A DNA stretch of 63,251 nt, the filler included, from Octopus bimaculoides (Eukaryota): assembly GCF_001194135.2 (NCBI RefSeq). It is 6 parts of 6 records of this genome, joined end to end, with 100 filler letters (N's around TTAATTAATTAA, not from the genome) between each part and the next. Parts side by side here need not be neighbours in the genome. Positions count along the whole stretch, not along the records: positions 26,127 to 42,671 come from NC_068996.1; positions 42,772 to 54,267 come from NC_068993.1; 4 more parts are not named here. The stretch is one strand, 5' to 3'. The notes under the pieces are model-generated. The model had not been told where the DNA came from, ran no database searches, and saw only the letters and a program-made list of their open reading frames with translations. This document shows, one piece after another, positions 35,805-49,464 of this stretch. Positions within the stretch are counted from its first letter, which is position 1. Every line of letters starts with the position of its first letter. Both the position numbers and the translations under genes were made by a program.

Positions 35805-36012
35805 ATTAGACTGCGGCCATGCAGGAACTCCGTCTCGAAGAGTATTTTAGTCGAATATTCGACACCAGGACGTATTCTTTTCAAGCCTAGTATTTACTCT
35901 TTTGCCGAATCGCTAGATAACGGATACAACAACATTCTGGGCTTATTTGTAAGCCTAGTACTTATTCTAGGCTTACAAAGAATACGTCCTGGGGTCGAAT
36001 ATTCGACTAAAA
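35805..36012. repeat. Rearranged SINE S1 tail with local inverted duplication
   Basis: 35843-35890 is the reverse complement of 35967-36013; perfect 12-bp stem ttgtaagcctag / ctaggcttacaa at 35947-35978. Confidence 0.8.
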
Positions 36013-36080
36013 ATATAAAATATAAAATAGCAACAATTTACCTATCGCATAGTGTGTGCGTGAGCGTGTGTACACACACA

Positions 36081-36790
36081 CAGTGTGCGATGGGTAAATT
36101 GTCAACATTTTATATTTTTAATTTCACGCATGCGCATTGTTTGTCGTTGATTTTGTCAACTAAACTTTATAGTAGGGTCAGTTGGGTACCGTCTGTGAGA
36201 AAAAAACAGCACCATAACGCAATTCACTCTGCCAGAAACTTGGAAACAATATGCTGTACTGCTTGGTATTCGCGCTGGAAGCTCCAAAACGAACATTTCA
36301 GAGTGTTTGGGCGTCAATCTGAGGACAGTACAGAGGATTTGTAAAGAGGTGGATGAGTTTAATGGTGATTACGAAAGTACGGCAGCTCAGAAAACCCACC
36401 CTGATTGTTCTGATAAGAAAAGAACTCCTGAATTTGTTGGTGAGATTCAGGCCAATATTGACAACGATCCCTCCAAGTCAATAAGGTCCATCGCCAGTGA
36501 CATAGGAGGGTCTGAGTTTGTTATCAGGCAGGTAGCGCATGAAGACCATTCAGTATTTCTCATACAAGATGAAAAAGGGCCAATTTTATCCCAAGCCATC
36601 AAGGACAAGAGGAAAGATCTTGCCACGAAGCTTTTGAACAAACTCAAGCAATCCCTCCAACCGAACATTCCTTGCTTTTTCTCAGATGAGAAAAATTTCT
36701 GCCAGGATCAGATGGAGAACACATGGAACAACTGTTTGCTTGCTGTGTCCCCAAAACATGTCCCGAAAGTGATAAAATCCAAACATCCAT
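36081..36790 (+). mobile_element. maT/DD37D-like transposase 5' fragment
   Basis: VNLRTVQRICKEV...KKRTPEFVGEIQANIDNDPSKSIRSIASD...KLLNKLK...FFSDEKNFCQDQMENTWNN...VPKVIKSKHP; truncated at about 36790. Confidence 0.78.
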
Positions 36791-36834
36791 GCTAACAATT
36801 CTGTCAGCTCACCATTTTGATAATAATAATAGTA

Positions 36835-36890
<56 letters not shown>

Positions 36891-36892
36891 TT

Positions 36893-39330
36893 TTATTAAC
36901 CACTGAGGGTTCATATAAAAAATTGGGGACGGTACAGGACAATAAGTTACAAATAGAGTGGGATTGAAATGTGTAAATGAAGAATAACAATGAAAATTCT
37001 ATCAAAATCTTCGAAAGAGGGAGACTCCCAAGGGCCTCTCGTGTAACCCCCACAAAAACCACGATGGCCCTGACCTCTAGAGTAATTGTTTTCCCCTCTT
37101 CATCTACCCCCGATCTAGAGGCGCATGCTTTGTGTAGGCCTGTTCACTTGGGTCATTCGATCTAAATTCACAAAACCTTTAATAAAATTTCTGGGGGGCA
37201 ACATTTCCATCTCTCTCCTCACTTACCTTTTCAAGAGAAACTTGAAAAAGTTGATGAGAGCTTGGCCTAAGAGCAAAGTATGTCTTCAGCCCTTTCAGCC
37301 TGGTCTACCACACAACCTCTTTCGCTAAGGCCACCAGACAAAGAAATACTTCCTGACCTTCGCGACCAAAGGAAGGCGGTGGGCCGATCCGCACGATGGA
37401 TTCAGCCAATAGCCGGATCCGTCCTATATACGACAGCAGATGTCCGACATAAGTCAGCAATGCTCGGGCACTGACTTTGGACGCGCAGAATAGTTTAGTC
37501 ACTCTGTGCGCATCTCGGGCAAATCCAACTGACGGCACTTCTATGCCTGTAGAGTTTTTCCAGTACCGACAATGCACAGCCAGGCCAAGGATTTCTACAA
37601 GTTATGTATGGGCCCCGGCCTGAAAGTCATCCAGAACAAATCAGCCAGCTCATTCTCGTCGACGCCTAAAGTTTTTCCCAAGAACGTCGTCACACTTGCC
37701 CACCACTAACCCTATAGAACGTCTGAGTGAAACTTCCACCGACTGCATTGCCTCACTGACAGGATTGTGAGTACTTAAGTTGGTCTACGCTTGATTCAGG
37801 ATTGCAGCTCAGACAAAGAGACGAACTGTGGAAAATCCTATCTGACAAACGGCGACCACACCTGCTCACCGTCTAGGAAGCACTGAAGATATCACAGCAC
37901 ATGTCTGCGTACATCAGCCGTCATGGCATGCTCAGCCCTCCATTCAACGGGCGATGACAGTAAGTGGGGAGCCTAACCAGTGGAACACGTCCCTTCCACA
38001 GAAAACAGAAAGGTACACGCTCCAGTTTGGTCAGATGTAAACTAGAGCAAGGCAAGTCGACGGTTAGGCGATAATATATGAATGCATTTGCTACCTCCAC
38101 CCGACCTTTCAGGGATATCTTTTTAGGCCCATTTCTGAGTGACATTGGCCACCCTGCTCGTCACCTCGTCCAAGTTCTTCTCCACTTGAAAATCTGGACA
38201 GTTTAACCGGCCCCTCCGTCCAGTGTCCCATGACGTTATTGGGCGGCATGGACCTGCCTTACCAGGTGCCGTACTGCAGGCCCACTGACTTTTCTTGGTT
38301 AATTTTTGCTCCTGTCACCGCCTCGTATCCTATTAGAGCTGTGCCGACCAGGTCTATGTGCCTGATGTTCGACACTGTGACGGTGACATCATCCACACGT
38401 ATGTTGACACGGTTTTACCATAGTTTAGTTCGCGCGGGATGCCTCTCAACGTTTCCAATTTCCCCAGTAGTGGCTCAAGAGCCAGTACATAAGGAACAGA
38501 CGAGAATGGACACCCTTGACGGACAGAACGTATGATGCTGAATGGTCCCGATAGGTAACCCTTCATCAGGACTACCGAGCAGATATCGCTGTACATTGCA
38601 GCGATTCAGTCACGGAAAACGGGACCGAAGCCGTCCGCCATGAGAACGGCTGCCAAGTATTGGTGGTCAACCCTATCAAAGGCTTTAGACTGATCCAAAT
38701 TGATCAAGGCCCTACTCATGCCGGCTTCTTTATCCACCCAGTCTATGATGTATCGCATGAGGTGGAGGTTGTCGTGGATGGATCTGCTTGGGATTGCGCA
38801 TGTTTGCGCATCACTAATTAGTATCTCGGTAACATGAGGCAACCTCTTTTCTAACACCTTGGCCAAAATTTTAAAATCGGCGTTCAGCAGCGTTACGGGA
38901 CTAAAATTTTCTATTTCATCCTCCTTGTTTGGGTCCTTCTCAGCAATGTCATTGCTCCACGACTCACAGAAAATTGCTGCCAGTTGCTGTAAGTGTCTGC
39001 TAAGAGGCCGCCAAACAAATCTGGCATTTAAAAGTAAAGCTCGAAGGGCAGGCCATCCAAACCAGGCGATTTCTCCCCACGCCATTCCAATTCGTCTTCA
39101 CATCCAGTAATTCTGCAGTTGTTATCGGCATTTCGTAACACACCTCACCGCTTTCCGAGAGTCGTGGCATTCGTTCGGGTTTCCCATTCGTCCCAACAGT
39201 TGGGCGAAGTGCTGCTGAAATGCTGCACACATCTGTTCAGGCTCGAATACCATGCACCCATTTTCGTCTACTAAAGACTGAATTTTGACTTTGTTGCCAC
39301 GTTCCGCCTCTGCCACTCGGGCCGGATCTA
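36893..39330 (-). mobile_element. Tx1/L1-like LINE, 5'-truncated, degenerate ORF2
   Basis: PVTLLNADFKILAKVL...QTCAIPSRSIHDNLHLMR...NLDQSKAFDRVDHQYL; SVRQGCPFSSVPYVLALEPLL; FCFLWKGRVPLV...GGLSMP. 3' end AATAAAAA runs into (ATT)n. Confidence 0.9.
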
Positions 39331-41234
39331 GTCTTTCTCATTCGCAAAATGACCCCCCACCCTTTTAATTTTGCTCAGATTGCTTTCAATTTTGGTGTAT
39401 CGATGCAACTCTGAATTTTAATTGCGTTCAACCAATTACTTCATCTCGGAAGTTTAAGAACCTGTTGTTATTTGGAAAAGTTGGGAAATTTGGGTAATTT
39501 TAGCCAATCAACAGACAACGTGGCATTAGTAGCTTGTTACCATGACAACCATACGCTGTGTTGTGGTTCCATTCACTGTTGTCTGCGACTTCCTGGTTCA
39601 CTTCACTGTTGTCTGTGACGCACGTTGCTCTATGTTGATTTTATTCAATTGATTCTTCACACTACGAGATTCTTTTCATCCGCGTGTTTTGTTTTAATTT
39701 TTGTGTTGTTTATTTCATGTGTTCTTATCGTAGTTTACAAATCCAAGCATGAAAGCATTACTCAACTTTGGAGTTTTTGGAGACAGACGGTCCCTTCACA
39801 GACACACACACTCAGACACACATGAATGCATAAATGTACATAGAAATTTATATATGAATACATACATCCACATGCACTTATATATTAATGACGTACAGAA
39901 ATATATGACAGGTATACATAATACTGAAATTCGCATTAAGTAAACATGCAAACAAATATATTAATATAACAAATTTTAAAAAACAATGAAGACATACAAT
40001 CAATGTAGAGATAAAAGAAACTATAAGATGATATATGTTGATTCTATTAGGTATTTCTGTTTATTTAGAAACCTACAATGAACAGATCATGTCACACGCT
40101 AAACTATAAATTTTACAGGATACAACCTTAAAGTTGATACCGTTCCGCTAAACGCAGAAAATTTGTCTCGCTATTGGCTAAAAATACAGTTTTTCCGATT
40201 TTTAAGCCTCTGTAACTTTTTCCTCCAATTTTTTTTCTCCACAACATCTTACCTTCATAGCAATGAGACGGGAAAGCTACATTATTATAGCCGATTTTCA
40301 AATTATTTACTTCCTTTTTAAAAAAAAGCCTCGAGAAGCTTTCGTTTCCTCTTGTCTTAGAGAATGTACCTTAGCTCTGACACATGGCACGAACCTCCAA
40401 GTGGCCGTTGAGAATAGAACGCCGAAGTGTCAGCTGCATAAGGACAAAAATCATCTAAAGACCTTCTACCCACAACAAAAGAGAGAAATGACCCCATCCT
40501 CTTTGGCCGACACCACAACCACAACAGCAACAGCATCGACAGAGGCGGATGACCACTATAGCTGCAAAAAACAACAGTAATTGTAGCAGTAACAGCAACC
40601 ACAACAGCACCTACAGCAGTAGCAGCAACAGCAACAAGAAGAACAACAGCGGAAGCAACAACAGCAAGTACAACAGAGAACTTACCAACATCTATAATTT
40701 CCACATATCAGACAGCTGCAAAAACAGCATCGGAACCCACCAAAATAAGAACATTATTATCAACAGAACAACAATGAATATCTCCGCAAGATTTGACCCA
40801 CCTGTGTTCGAAGCAGTCAGCTATGTCCTGCGGTGAGGGGAACGATGAAGTGTCTAAATCGCAAAAATTTAGCAGATCTAACAAAAGAAAAAGAAATAAA
40901 AACACACCGACATCAACACAAAAACTGACAGGTATGATCAGATGATGGAGACGTCTTTGAGAACAAATACACAATTACCAACCCCCAACAACAGCCACAC
41001 CAGCACCGTCAACATCATCCCTATCACTAACATCACTACCAACACTATCACAGACAACACGATCACAAGCACAACCCAATCCACGCACACAACTCTCAGA
41101 TCGCACATCCCAACACCAGCAAACTCCAAACATCATTAACTACAAAGCAATAAAAACGGACAATACAGAACTAATGGAACACATACATAACTAATGGAAC
41201 AAATACATAGCTATACTTTCACTCACTTCGGAGT

Positions 41235-41405
41235 TTTACTTTTGATTTTATTATCTTTTGAGGTCAACTTTCGCCGAGGTCAATTTTGTTTTTCATCCTC
41301 ACGTGGTCGATACAGTAAATAACCAGTTAAGTACCGGGGGGATTTAGTCAGTCTCCCCGCTCCCCTCAAAATTGCTGGCCTTGTGCCATAATTACACAGA
41401 ATTAT
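41235..41405 (+). mobile_element. Diverged S2-type SINE with alternative tail (...ggccttgtgcc)
   Basis: gaggtcaa...ttttcatcctcacgtggtcgata...aagtaccggggg...ccccgctcccctcaaaattgctggccttgtgcc; same tail near 5198-5450, 9760-9840 and 58960-59035. Confidence 0.55.
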
Positions 41406-41727
41406 TACTTGGACAACTGCGTTTCAGAAATCTTCTGGAGTGTTGAGTCAAAATTTGAGTCTGGAAAGCTACGTTGCATTTTGCAGAACTGACGAAGAAA
41501 ATTCTTTCAACAACTGTGAAACTATCTGGTCGTGGAGTAAAGATGTGGGATGAATTATGTTCCTGGTCTCATGATGATTAACAATATAAGGGGAAAAAGC
41601 ATATGATTATTGCCTGGGAGGTCACTGAAATTTTTAGATATCTTATTTGTAAAAAATTTATTTCTGACGATAGCGAAGAACTAATGTGGTTGTCCACAGT
41701 GCAAAAGACTTGCTGAGATTTGCAATA

Positions 41728-42366
41728 GGCGCAGGAGTGGCTGTATGGTAAGTAGCTTGCTTACCAACCACATGGTTCCGGGTTCAGTCCCACTGCGTGG
41801 CATCTTGGGCAAGTGTCTTCTACTATAACCTCGGACCGGCCTAAGCCTTGTGAGTGGATTTGGTAGACGGAAACTGGAAGAAGCCCGTCGTATATATGTA
41901 TGTATATATATATGTATATATGTATATATCTATATGTATCTCTCTCTCTCTNNNNNNNNNNNNNNNNNNNNNNNNNNNNNNNNNNNNNNNNNNNNNNNNN
42001 NNNNNNNNNNNNNNNNNNNNNNNNNNNNNNNNNNNNNNNNNNNNNNNNNNNNNNNNNNNNNNNNNNNNNNNNNNNNNNNNNNNNNNNNNNNNNNNNNNNN
42101 NTATATATATATATATATGTATGTATGTATGTGTGTAAGTGTGTTTGTGTGTCTGTGTTTGTCCACGCAGCATCGCTTGACAACCGATGGTGGTGTATTT
42201 ATGTCCCCGTAACTTAGCGGTTCGGCAAAATAGACCGATAGAATAAGTACTAGGCTTCCAAAGAATAAGTCCTGGGGTCGATTTGTTCAACTAAAGGCGG
42301 TGCTCCGGCATGGCCGCAGTCAAATGACTGAAACAAGTAAAAGAGTAAAAGAGTAAAAGAGTAAAA
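41728..42366 (+). mobile_element. Full-length SINE family S1 (internal microsatellite partly gapped)
   Basis: Head and tail match 5917-6346. Confidence 0.9.
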
Positions 42367-42638
42367 CTTGAAACATAAATGGATAAATATCTGATCAACT
42401 TGAATTATTGGTGGAGAAATATTAGCACGCTTTGTTATTCACACACATCTTAAAGGAAGCTATTAAGAAAGCAATTCTAATTTTATTCGAAGTACAATTT
42501 CTTGGTGTTCTTAAGATTTAATGGATTATAAATATATAATTCATACATTAGCAAATATCTTCGATTTGATTTATATTACTGCCTAAAACTATATGTATAT
42601 ATCAATGTGTTCAGTGACTTTTCTTCCACCATATATTA

Positions 42639-42671
<33 letters not shown>

Positions 42672-42819
42672 NNNNNNNNNNNNNNNNNNNNNNNNNNNNN
42701 NNNNNNNNNNNNNNNTTAATTAATTAANNNNNNNNNNNNNNNNNNNNNNNNNNNNNNNNNNNNNNNNNNNNCCAGTACATACTTTTTGAAAGCTCTGGTA
42801 ACTTACTCCATCGTGCTCT

Positions 42820-43125
42820 TTTACTTAGCCGCTAAGTTACGGGGACAAACTAACTAAACAAACTAACACCGGTTGTCAAGGGCGTGGATGGAGGCCAGCA
42901 CTAACACAGAGACACACCTGCTCACACACACATACACACATACATATGACGGGTTTCCTCACGGTTTCCATCTACCAAATTCATTTACGAGGTACTAGTC
43001 TACCTGGGGGCTGGCTATAATGCAAAGGAAAAAAACAAACAAACATTTGTTCAAAGTACTGCACAGCGGAACTGAACTCAAAACCAGGTAGCAGCTAAGC
43101 GAGCTTCTTGATCGCACAGCCACTC
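42820..43125 (-). mobile_element. Diverged SINE family S1
   Basis: gccgctaagttacgggga...caccggttgtcaag...gacgggtttcctcacggtttccatctaccaaattc...ggaactgaactc...gcacagccactcc. Confidence 0.7.
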
Positions 43126-43424
43126 CTTGCTACTATTTCTAGCATCCTGTATATCCACGTTGGAACAATCCTTACTGTCACGTGTTTTCTCAAGGTGTTT
43201 CATCTAAATAGTGCTTACTGCAATTTTAGAGACTGACACAGTTGAGTAATGGAGGCACAGGTGTAATGATACACTTGAGTAATGACCGTAAATGTAACCA
43301 GAAATTAACACCAAGGTTACTTGAATCTGTCAGAGCAGACAGCTTATTTAATATTGAACAATAGCTACCTACCTTCACTGCTGGAGTTCACCTGCTTGTT
43401 TTGACGACTAAATTAACGTTAGAC

Positions 43425-43736
43425 TTTCTGTGCGTGTATGTATGTATGTATGTATGTATGCATGTATGTATGTATGCATGTATGTATGTATGTGTGTATG
43501 TATGCATGTATGTATGTATGTATGTATGTATGTATGTATGTGTGTGTGTATGTATGTGTGTGTGAATGTATGTGTGTGTGTGTATTTATGTATGTGAGTG
43601 TGTGTACGTACATCCATATGTATCTATGTATGTGTATATGCATGTATGTGTGTATGTATGTGTGTATGTATGTACGTACGTATGCATGTATGTATGCATG
43701 TATGTATGTATGTATGTGTGTGTGTACGTACGTACG

Positions 43737-43767
<31 letters not shown>

Positions 43768-44010
43768 GTATGTATGTATGCATATAAGTATGTATGTATG
43801 TATGTATGTATGTATGTAGGTAGGTAGGTGTGTATGTATGTATGCACGTATGGAAGTATGCGTGTTCCTATGTCCCTGTCTGTATATATGTATGCGTGTT
43901 CCTATGTCCCTGTCTGTATATATGTATGTGTGTACATGTGTATGCATGTATGTATATGTGTTTCTACGTGTGTATGTATGTATGTATGTATGTATGTATG
44001 TATATATGTA
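43425..44010. repeat. Long compound (ATGT)n/(GT)n microsatellite; representative of many (AT)n, (AC)n, (AG)n, (AAT)n, (AGAT)n and (TTC)n tracts across the window
   Basis: Directly visible; other large examples at 29860-30120 and 52975-53560. Most N gaps are flanked by such tracts. Confidence 0.95.
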
Positions 44011-44980
44011 TGCATTATGCATTATGCGCGTTTGTATAGATGTGAGGGTATGTATGTATATGCTTGATGGATGTATGCTTATATATGAATGTGTGTATAT
44101 GTGTGGTAAAATTGTGAGAACAAAGAGGTATTTGAAAGAAAAGAGAAGAGAGGGAGAGAGAGAGAACAGAGAGAGAGAGTGAGATAGTAGGGCAGAGAAA
44201 GACATACAAACATAGACATAGTATGTGTGTATGTATGTATGTGTTTAAATAATGAAATGTATAGAGAAAATGAGTAATGAAGAGTTAGATACTGAAACAG
44301 TAACTGGAACCAGGAAACGTAGATAGGTAGGTAGGTAGGTAAGTAGGTAGATANNNNNNNNNNNNNNNNNNNNNNNNNNNNNNNNNNNNNNNNNNNNNNN
44401 NNNNNNNNNNNNNNNNNNNNNNNNNNNNNNNNNNNNNNNNNNNNNNNNNNNNNNNNNNNNNNNNNNNNNNNNNNNNNNNNNNNNNNNNNNNNNNNNNNNN
44501 NNNNNNNNNNNNNNNNNNNNNNNNNNNNNNNNNNNNNNNNNNNNNNNNNNNNNNNNNNNNNNNNNNNNNNNNNNNNNNNNNNNNNNNNNNNNNNNNNNNN
44601 NNNNNNNNNNNNNNNNNNNNNNNNNNNNNNNNNNNNNNNNNNNNNNNNNNNNNNNNNNNNNNNNNNNNNNNNNNNNNNNNNNNNNNNNNNNNNNNNNNNN
44701 NNNNNNNNNNNNNNNNNNNNNNNNNNNNNNNNNNNNNNNNNNNNNNNNNNNNNNNNNNNNNNNNNNNNNNNNNNNNNNNNNNNNNNNNNNNNNNNNNNNN
44801 NNNNNNNNNNNNNNNNNNNNNNNNNNNNNNNNNNNNNNNNNNNNNNNNNNNNNNNNNNNNNNNNNNNNNNNNNNNNNNNNNNNNNNNNNNNNNNNNNNNN
44901 NNNNNNNNNNNNNNNNNNNNNNNNNNNNNNNNNNNNNNNNNNNNNNNNNNNNNNNNNNNNNNNNNNNNNNNNNNNNNNNN

Positions 44981-45190
44981 TATTTATAGGATCATGCTCA
45001 AAGAGGTATCGTCACTCGCACGCACCATCTTTGCTACATTCACCCACCTTTTAATGAAACTTTCACGAGACAAAAACTGTCTCTCTATTCTCACCTTCCT
45101 TTTCAAGTGATACTTGAAAAAGTTGATGAGCGATTGGCCAGAGAGGTAAGTTTTCGTCTCTAATCCTTTCGCTCGGGTCCACCATGAAAA
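44981..45190 (-). mobile_element. Tx1/L1-like 3' fragment
   Basis: ccttttcaag.ga.acttgaaaaagttgatgag aligns to 37200-37300. Confidence 0.7.
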
Positions 45191-45225
45191 CTGAGTACAT
45201 ACACACACACATTACACACATACAT

Positions 45226-45267
<42 letters not shown>

Positions 45268-46484
45268 TAATTGATTGATTGATAGATAGACAAATACACA
45301 CATACACACACACACACAGAGGTAAATAGATAGATAGATACACAGACATACATACAGATAAACAGAGATGAGTTGAGAGTTGACAGCGAGGCATACCAAG
45401 AGAGAGAGAGAGAGAGAGAGAGAGGGAAAGAGAAAGAAGGAAATAAATAAATAAAGAAAGAAAGAAAGAAGGAAAGAAGGAAGAAAGAAACAGAGAAAAG
45501 AGAGCATACGAAAAGTGGTTCAGGAAATAAGTTTATAATAGAAGTGAATAAAGTTTTCGATGATTTGATAGCTCAAATCTGTTTCAAAACCATCATGATG
45601 TGTGTGTTCTTGAATTTAGCCAACAAGGACCTATATATTTCAGAAAGCTACGATTTTGCCAGAGCTTATGATAACTCTAATTGTGAAACCAGTCACAGCA
45701 GCCCATTTATCTTCCATTCAAGCCCAATACTATTGTGATGATGGATAAGAGACGATTCTGTTGCGCAATACATAGTATACATCTTTTGTTGCTGCATATT
45801 ATGTTTAGGCTTTTATTCTTTATTTTTTGAAATTGCATTGCATCTTTTGTATTTCTGCCTGACCACGATAGGGTAACCGCGCTTTATGCTATGAATAAAT
45901 TATGTGCTAATTTCACATTTAATGCAGGTAATTTTCAAACACCCTAAACCTGCCGGTAACGGACCTAATTTCTGGACCTCATGTGAATTTACAAAGTTTG
46001 AGCACTGCAGAATTCGCAGAAGGATTAATGAAGGAGTGATAGCTGTGAACTGTGTACCCCCACCCTGCTAGCTTTTCCCTATCCTTTCTCAACAGCGTTT
46101 CAGTATTAAATTCTTGTTCTCATTTACAGTTTTCAGATGCGTGTGATTTCCTTTTAACCCGTGATTTCCTTTTAACACCGCCCCAGAAAAATTCTCCTTG
46201 CTTCACGTAGTTAATATGTTAAGTGTTAATGTGTTTAATGCTAGTATTTAATGAGTTTGGAAAGAGATTTATGTTGTCTTCTGTTAGCATTATCCTTCTA
46301 CTTTGATTTATATTCCAGCGTAGCGCTCTGATGAAGGACATACACATTTCGCTTAAGGAAACTGCAAGTAGTCTTCGGCGTTGGTTGCAAACGATCAAAT
46401 TAAAATGAACTACTTTCCATTCAGTCAATTGTGACCCTGATACATACATACATGCATGCATACATACATACATACATACATACA

Positions 46485-46515
<31 letters not shown>

Positions 46516-46564
46516 GTGTGTGTGTGTATGGATGTTTGTATGTCTGTACATATGTGGATTGGTT

Positions 46565-46739
46565 TCATTGGTTTCATGTTAAGAAAAAGAACTTAATATC
46601 TTAACAATTTTTCCAGCCGACCACATGGAGGAATGGTGTTTGTCTCCATTTTGAATGGTTTCATCCAGAATGGAGACGAACACCATTTCTCTATGTGATC
46701 GGCTTGAAAAAGATATTTTTCTTAACTTGAAACCAATGA
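46565..46739. repeat. Long fold-back (palindromic) element, MITE-like or hairpin RNA
   Basis: 43-bp inner arms 46611-46653 / 46666-46708 with 6 differences; outer arms tcattggtttca-t-gttaagaaaaa / tttttcttaac-t-tgaaaccaatga. Confidence 0.85.
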
Positions 46740-46757
46740 TAGCCTTGATGCACACAT

Positions 46758-46817
<60 letters not shown>

Positions 46818-46970
46818 CATAGGTACACACACATATGTCATAGGTACACACGCATGCGTGGGGTAGGCATGTAAACAGGGAGGTATAGAGATAAGCAAAT
46901 GAGAAGAATTATAAAAGCCTTCTCCTCCTCCTCCTCCTTCTTGTTCTTCTTGTTCTTGTTCTTGCTTTCG

Positions 46971-47002
<32 letters not shown>

Positions 47003-49464
47003 CTTCTTCTTCTTCTTCTTCTTCTTCTTCTTCTTCTTCTTCTTCTTCTTCTTCTTCTTCTTCTTCTTCTTCTTCTTCTTCTTCTTCTTCTTCTTCTTCT
47101 TCTGTCCCTCAGTTTCTATTTTTCTTTCCTTCCTTCGACCCCCAATATTTGTTTCCTATTCCTACTATTCCAGACATACTATTTTACTAAACACTCTATC
47201 GCTCTATAAACTACAGAAACAAACAAGCTTCTTTTCTTTCTTCCTGTCTTTTAATTCTCCCTCTCTCCCTCCCTCCCTCTCTCCTTCGTCCTCTCACCCC
47301 ACTCCTTCTCTCTTCACCTCTACCTTTCTCTTCATCTCCTCTTTCTTTTTCACTCTCTCCACTCTTTCTCCTTGTGTGTCCCTCCTTCATTTTCCTTTCC
47401 CTCTCATCTCCCATCAGTCTATATTTCTCTCATTCTCCATCTCTCCCCCCTCTCTCTCTCTTTCACTCTTTCTCTCTCTCACACACACATTCTCAGCCGC
47501 GCTTTATCCGTTGTCTCTTTCACTCTTTCACCAAACCTCCTATATCCTTCACGTCTCTTTCCTTTATCTCTCACTAGCAGTCTTTCCCTTACTCACTCCC
47601 GCTTTTTAAAATTCAGTCTGACATTGTCACTCTCCCCCTCCCCCTCTCTCCCCCTCTCCCTCTCTCCCTCTCCGTCCCTGATTTTCTCTTTCATTGCTCC
47701 GTCATCCATTATTCCCTCCCCACATATCTCCTACCTCCATTCACTATGCTACATACAAAATGAAATCTCGCATAAAGACTGTTTTATAGTTTCCACTAAC
47801 ATCTGTGTCCCTGTAGTAATCGATGATTTATATTGCAATTAAAACTATTTCTCCCTATCAATAGCTTTATTATTACTCGTTGTTTATTGTTGAAAGATTG
47901 AAGGAGAGTAATTGTTTCTTTGCTATATGCCTTATCGTTTTGCTATTACATTCGCCTCCTCTCACACTCCGAGCGTTCTCCTTTCATTCTCCCCTTCTCT
48001 CCTTCTCTCCCCGCCCCGCTCACTTCCTTTCTAAATCGTAGTACATCGCATTCCAGATTTCATCTAATTCTTATGAAATGATTTGGTGTCAGGTGTTAAA
48101 GATTTCATTACCTAAAATATAAGCATTTTACTTTCATTTATTGTTCGTAAATCAATATTTGACGAAACAACAACAATAACAGTATATATTATAGCTGTTG
48201 CCGTTGTTGTTGTTGTTGCGGTTGTGGTGGTGGTGGTGGTGGTGGTGGTGGTGGTGGTGGTGATGGCGGTGATGTTGGTGGAGATAGTGGTTTAGTGTGA
48301 ATGGAGAACGGACGTTTTTACAGACCACTCCGAGAAAATTGGATTAGTACCAAGTTTTGCTAAGCGAAGTTTGTTTTCTTTTTGGATTATTTTGCAGACA
48401 GTCGACTTTGAAACGGGTAACGTCTATATCAATACCCGTGGTAAACAAAACTAATTTGTGTTTTATGATATTATATCTATATATTATATGAAGAAAATGA
48501 CCTTGTGTTTACGTATAAATCAATGTAGTTTCTTATACTGCAGGTGCAAGAAGTGAAGAATATAGCAAAGACGTTTATACAGGAAACATCTCAAAGACGA
48601 AATAGGTTCTGAATGCACGAAAACGAATTGAAAAGTAGGCAAGAGACTTCAAAAGCGATAACTAAAATACATTACAATAACACAAATATATACACTTAGA
48701 AATATTAGTTTCAGATTTTGGAACAAGATCGGGAATTTCGGGTGAGGGGTCAAGTCGATTACATCGACCCCATTACTCAGCTGGTACTTATTTTATCGTG
48801 CCCGAAAGAATGAAAGACCAAGTCGACCTCGGCGGAATTTGAACGCAGAATGTAAAGATGGACGAAATGCCGCTACGATTCTGTCAGCTCGACGCCTTTG
48901 CACTTTACAAATATTGTAATTTCACAAGCGAATCGAAAGTATGCGCGTCGTAGATACAAGTATTAATAACGGCAATATCAATGCATTTGTATGCAATTTG
49001 AATAAAAGTAATAACAATTCCTTTTCTCGTGTTGCAAACCCAAGGGAAGTTTTAAACATGCGACGAATCCACTGGAAAAAAGGCTGAGGTGCATGTCTGA
49101 AAACAATATGTTATCTTGCAAGAGAAGTAACTTTTTGAATTTTGGTGTTTACTCTGACAGCTTCTTTGGAAGAAGTAAACAAACCAACGCAGGTTGTAAA
49201 TCGGTGCGTGGAGGAGAAGACAAGCACAAAGACGCACACACATTCATAAACAACTCTCTCTCCCTTTCTCTCTCGCACACACACACACACACACACACGC
49301 ACGTGCGGCAAGTTTCTGTTTGTCAAGCCAACTTATAAGTCATTGGTCAGCCCAGTGCTTTAGTAAAAGACGCCGCGAAGTGGAACCAAACTTCAAACGA
49401 CATGGTGAACTGAACTTATTTACCACAGAGCCGCATGTTCTATAAAAATATTACATATTCTGAA

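Noticed and set aside
40790-40827. DIADCFEHRWVK resembling a kinase C-terminal H-x-W motif
   Set aside because: Too short, and no other kinase subdomains are visible nearby.
46328-46362. CTGATGA...GAAAC pair
   Set aside because: No stem II pairing and no NUH/stem I; chance match.
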